From the NCBI GenBank assembly GCA_000388065.2, contig KB932202.1: a stretch of 23,624 nucleotides of DNA; one strand, given 5' to 3'. The notes under the pieces are model-generated. The model did not search any database. It worked only from the letters and a program-made list of their open reading frames with translations, and was not told where the DNA came from. The DNA is from Fonticula alba ATCC 38817 (lineage: Eukaryota; Protista; Nucleariida). Below, piece after piece: positions 19,484 through 23,624 of this stretch (the stretch's first letter is position 1; each line of letters starts with the position of its first letter). The position numbers were made by a program, and so were the translations under genes.

Positions 19484-22004
19484 AAGGGGGGGCCAGAGGC
19501 GACAGAGCGCAGGGCGAGCTCGACGCCCGGGGCGTGCAGGCGTCTGCCCCGTGGCAAAGATATTCACTGAGCCCTTGTGGGGCCGGTCGCTCCGATCGCC
19601 GCCAGTGCGTGTGCTTGTGTGTGTGTGTGTGTATGTGGCCTGCCTGTGTGCAGGGGCTTGCATGTAGGGCCAAGCCGGGCGCATAGGAGTGTCATTTCCA
19701 TTCCCCCCGCTCTCCCAGAGGTCAGGATGTAATTTGTGCAATGCGGGCCCGGCCATCTCCCCCTGGCGGGGGATGATGCCCCCCCCCCCCCCCGCTCCTC
19801 CCTGAGAGCCCGATCGGCCGCCATGAGCACATCAGGGGGGGGGGCACCAAGGCCGGATGCCGGTCGAGTCGGGGGCGAGCCAGGGGCGAGCCGTCGGGCC
19901 ATAAACAGGCCATCCCGCCGGCTGGGGGTATTCTCGACCCGATCGACGCGGGTTCCACATGTGTGCGACACCCCAGCTGGCGTGCCCGTGCTCCGAGGCA
20001 TCCTCTTCAGCATCTCCCACCCCCCCCCCTCCCGGACGGTGCCTTTCTTTGCCTTTGTCGCTGGCGCGCCGGTTCGCCTGGTTGGTGAGTCTCCCCCGCC
20101 CTTTGGATCCCGTCTTCTGGGGGCGGATTTTCTCGGGTCGCAGCGAGGGGGGGGGGCACGCTCGCGCCGACATGCTCACCCCCGCGGGTGTGTGTACACA
20201 TGTGCCGGGTCCAATCCCGGTCTTGCAAGAGTGTGGCAGCGCCAGTGCCCGCCTGCTGTTGGGCGGGGGGCTCCCTCATGCTGGCCCACCTCGCGGCCAC
20301 TTGCCTGAAGAGGTTACCTCCTCCCCGGTCCATGGGGCGGTGAATTAAGCAACTCCTGCCAGCCGGTGCGATCGGGTCCAGCCTCTTTCGATGCTCGATG
20401 CTGGCCCCCGAAGGAGGAGGGGACGCCGGCTGGCTTCGGGCTTCTTCCCGCGAAGGCTGCCCCACAGGTGTGCGTCCCCGTCTTCTTGCTTCCCCTTCCA
20501 GGCGCCGGCTGCTTCTGCCATCGTTTCCGGGCCCGGTCGCGTGTGGGCGGCCTGGCCAAGATGCCCGCCGCAGATGGGAGGCGGGGGGGGGGGGGGGGGC
20601 CTCGCGCTCGCGCGGGGTGCCCCTCCTGGGCCGCGGCCGAGGTGCAAGAAATCACCCCAGGGGACATGATGGGGAGCCCCATGGTATTTGTGTGTCTTAG
20701 TTAGGGATTTATATGTGCCCGGAAGGGCGGGCCTGGACTTATCAGTTGCCCCGGGGGCATATCTCGGAGACCCCCCACCCCCGCCAGGGTGCGGCCTTGA
20801 TGCCGCCGTGGTATGCAGCCGGGCCTCCGCCCCCCGAGGGAGGGGGCGCCTTCGCCGGAAGCGACTCCGCTTGCCTGGGCACCACCGGCGCCCTCTTTCC
20901 ACGCGGCACGAAGGCCCGGCTGCTTGAGGGGGCGGGGGGGGGCGGGGGGGGGGGGGCGGCGCCCGGCCAGGACGTCCCGCCATGTCCCCCCGTCCCGAAG
21001 GAAGGCCGGGTGTCAGTATTTTCCAAGCCCGTGCCTGGACATGGTCCTGCCCCCCGCCGAGCGGCTCCCCCCCCCCCCGCCCGGTCCCTGGGCAGATCGT
21101 TGTCAGTAGCCAGGCGACCGGGCTCGGCATGGACCTTCGCGGCGGAGCCCCCTTCCATCACAGGTGGCCAGTGTGCATGGTCACAGCGGGCCGGGGCCGG
21201 CGGCCGCCTGGCCAGAAGTCTCGGCGCAGTTGCCGAACCGAGCCCAGACTGGGGCGGGGGGGGGGGGGGGGCCAGGGAATGTGGTGCCCCCGCGCGACCC
21301 CTTGGTCCGTGGAGAAACAGCCAGGCACATCGCCCCTTCGGTTTCCCCATCGCCCCCCTGCGCGACCCGCCGAAGCCTTCCACCACCGGCGACCGGTGGC
21401 AGGGCCCCGTGCCGGTGCGACGCCCCCCCCCCCGCCCCTCGCTCAAGTTAGATCGCCCGTGCCTGGGCCGTTGTGCAGTCCTTTCCCGGGCCTGTGGCCG
21501 TGTGTGTGGCCGTGTGTGTGTGTGTGTATGCGGCTGCGTAGAGATGAACGTGTTACCAGGTGGCCTGTTGTGCGCGATGGCCCTTTCGATGTCCCCTCTC
21601 TCCCCTGTGGGCATTAGCCACCTGGCCAGTTGGCTGGCCACCCCAGCTGACTGGCTGGCTGGTTGCCGGTTGGCTCCGGCAAACAGCCGGCCCGGCATCG
21701 TCACCGATGGCGCATACATACGCGCGCGCGCGCGCGCGTTGCACTCAACTCGGGCCGTCCCGCGCGCGACCCGGCCGCCACATTATCCTCCAACTCGCTC
21801 CCTCCCCCCCCCCTCCCACGATTGTGCCTCTCCGTCCTTCTTCCTTCCCCTGTCGCTCCCCCCTCTCCACCCGCGCGCGACGCCGGAAGACGACCCTCGA
21901 CCCTCTTCCCCCCTTTCCTAGACACACACACACACTCTTTTTTCCCGCCCCCGCGCCGACCGCCGCCTCCTTCCTGCTCTCCGCGGCCACACCCTCCCAA
22001 GAAG

Positions 22005-23615
22005 ATGACCGCCTCTTCCGGGCCCCCGCCGATGTCCTCGTCCGGCACGCCGACGCTCAGCTTCGCCGACCACTTTTGGGGCGCCGATGACCGTGGCTTC
22101 GATGTCCTCTACGCGCATATGAGCGCCGCCAAGGACACCAGCAAGCTGGTGCTGGAAATCCTCGAGACGCGCGCCCGCTTGGAGGAGGAGTACGCCAAGG
22201 GCCTGCAGCGTCTGGCCAAGGCGATTGCCGGGCTCGGAGCCGGCGGCGCCGAGGACGATGCCGATGTCCCGGCTGCCGTGGTGGAGACCACTGCCCCCCG
22301 GTCCGGGTCCGATGTCCAGATCGCTGGCGACTATGGCTCCACCAAGAGTGCCCTGGTGACCCTGCGCAATGAGATCTCCACCGCGGCGCAGGCGCACCAG
22401 CTGTCGGCCGATACTCTGCGCACGGAGGTGGCCAAGCCGCTGGACGCCTTCATCAGCGACCAGAGCATCGCCCGCAAGCAGCAGGGCAAGATCATGCAGT
22501 CGGCCCAGAAGCGCCTGAAGGAGATGAAGGCCAATGCCCTGCGCGCCAAGAAGAATGAGTCCTCGAAGGCTCGCGCGGCTGAGGTCCTCGCCGAGTCGCT
22601 TGAGCGTGGTACGTTGTCATGGCCCCATGGGTCCCGCCTTTGGGCTCGCTCTTCGGTCCTGCTTTTTTTTTTTGTCCCCGCGGCAGGCGTCATGCTGGTG
22701 GTGATGGAAGCCCTGGTGCTGGATGCTGCCCGCTTTCTCGGGGTCCTCCTCTTCTCTCCCATGCCGATGCAATGCTGACCTATGCCCCTCCCCGCGCCTC
22801 CCGCGCCTCCCGCGCCTCCCGCGCCGATAGTCAATAGTCAGCGCAATGAGAAGGAGGCCGAGAAGGTTCAAAAGAAGTACCGCAAGGCCATGGCCGAGGC
22901 CGCCGCCGCCGAGCGCGAGCACTCCGAGGCCCGGCAGCGCCTGTTTGCCGCGCACCAGCAGTGGACCACCGACATGGTCACCACCGCGGCCCTGTATCAG
23001 TCGCTGGAGGAGGCCCGGCTGGACACGCTGCGCGCTGCCATTTGGGCCTACACCAATGCGGTGGCCACCACTTGCGTGGCCAACGACCAGGTGCGCATGC
23101 CGTCTTCCCTGGCCCGTGCTCCTCCATGCCCGCCCGGTGCCCAGCTTCTCGCACCTGTTGCCCGGCTCTGACGCTCTTTCCTCTCGTTTTTTTTCTTCTT
23201 CCTGCACCCTCCCCCCACACACGCATGCGTGCGTGCGTACATTCGCAGTCTTGCGAGCGGATCCGCGGCAGCCTGGAGCAGTGCCAGTTTGGTCGCGATC
23301 TGGACATCTTTGTCCGGCGGAATGGCACCGGCACCAGCCGGCCGGACGCCGATGGCAACCTCGTGGCCGCTGGCAATCTCGATGCCCCGCCCTCGGCCCG
23401 GACGACCCTCTCCCACCGGCCCCCCTCGTTGACTGGGTCCCTGACGTCGTTGAGCTCCTCGGCCGGATCCACCGGCTCGGCCCCGCCTACGGAGACGCTC
23501 CCCTCGTCGCTGGATGACACGGCGTCGGTGGCGTCCTTCCCCCCGGCGTCCGCCGTCTCGGACGCCGGCGCTCCGCCGCCCTACTTCAACAGCTCCCAGG
23601 CGCCCCTCTTCTATG
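22005..23615 (+). CDS. F-BAR (FCH) protein of the Cdc15/Imp2/PSTPIP type (3'-partial; a C-terminal SH3 domain probably lies beyond the window)
   Basis: Exons 22005-22608, 22831-23090 and 23249-23615, then a probable donor GTTCGT at 23616; phases are consistent. It has the FCH signature SFADHFWGADDRGFDVL...TRARLEEEYAKGLQRLAK and the F-BAR end motif LYQSLEEARLDTLRAAIWAYTNAVATTCVANDQ|SCERIRGSLEQC...DLDIFVRRNGTG. A Ser/Pro-rich linker follows and ends in PLFY, which resembles the start of a family SH3 domain. Exon 3 is missing from the supplied ORF track because it has no stop inside the window. Confidence 0.9.
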
Positions 23616-23624
23616 GTTCGTGTG

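Noticed and set aside
2-23624. RhoGAP + syntaxin + F-BAR as a co-regulated membrane-trafficking gene cluster
   Set aside because: These are intron-containing eukaryotic genes from large families, interleaved with unrelated genes and separated by multi-kb spacers. Nothing in the sequence supports co-regulation.

Overview
GC-rich eukaryotic genomic DNA with short spliceosomal introns full of (CT)n/(CA)n microsatellites. The style is reminiscent of a unicellular opisthokont such as Fonticula; this is inference only and no search was run. By hand-splicing GT-AG introns and checking phase at every junction I reconstructed five genes: (1) a 5'-partial RhoGAP gene (+, <2-2844); (2) a 916-aa minus-strand gene (3560-7478) with a large RS/Ser-rich disordered region and a C-terminal helical domain whose pattern resembles the AF4/FMR2 (AFF)/Ebp1 C-terminal homology domain; (3) a syntaxin-8-like Qc-SNARE (+, from 11378); (4) a ~1154-aa type II membrane protein (+, 13772-18816) that joins an uncharacterised GT-A-like domain to a GT10 alpha-1,3/4-fucosyltransferase domain; (5) a 3'-partial Cdc15/Imp2/PSTPIP-type F-BAR gene (+, from 22005). 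The two apparent tandem duplications inside gene 4 are assembly artefacts, each joined by a 20-nt Illumina TruSeq adapter fragment. There is a 61-N gap at 3303-3363. Most ORFs in the supplied track are shadow frames or read-through into introns. I recognised no rRNA, tRNA, CRISPR array or transposon.
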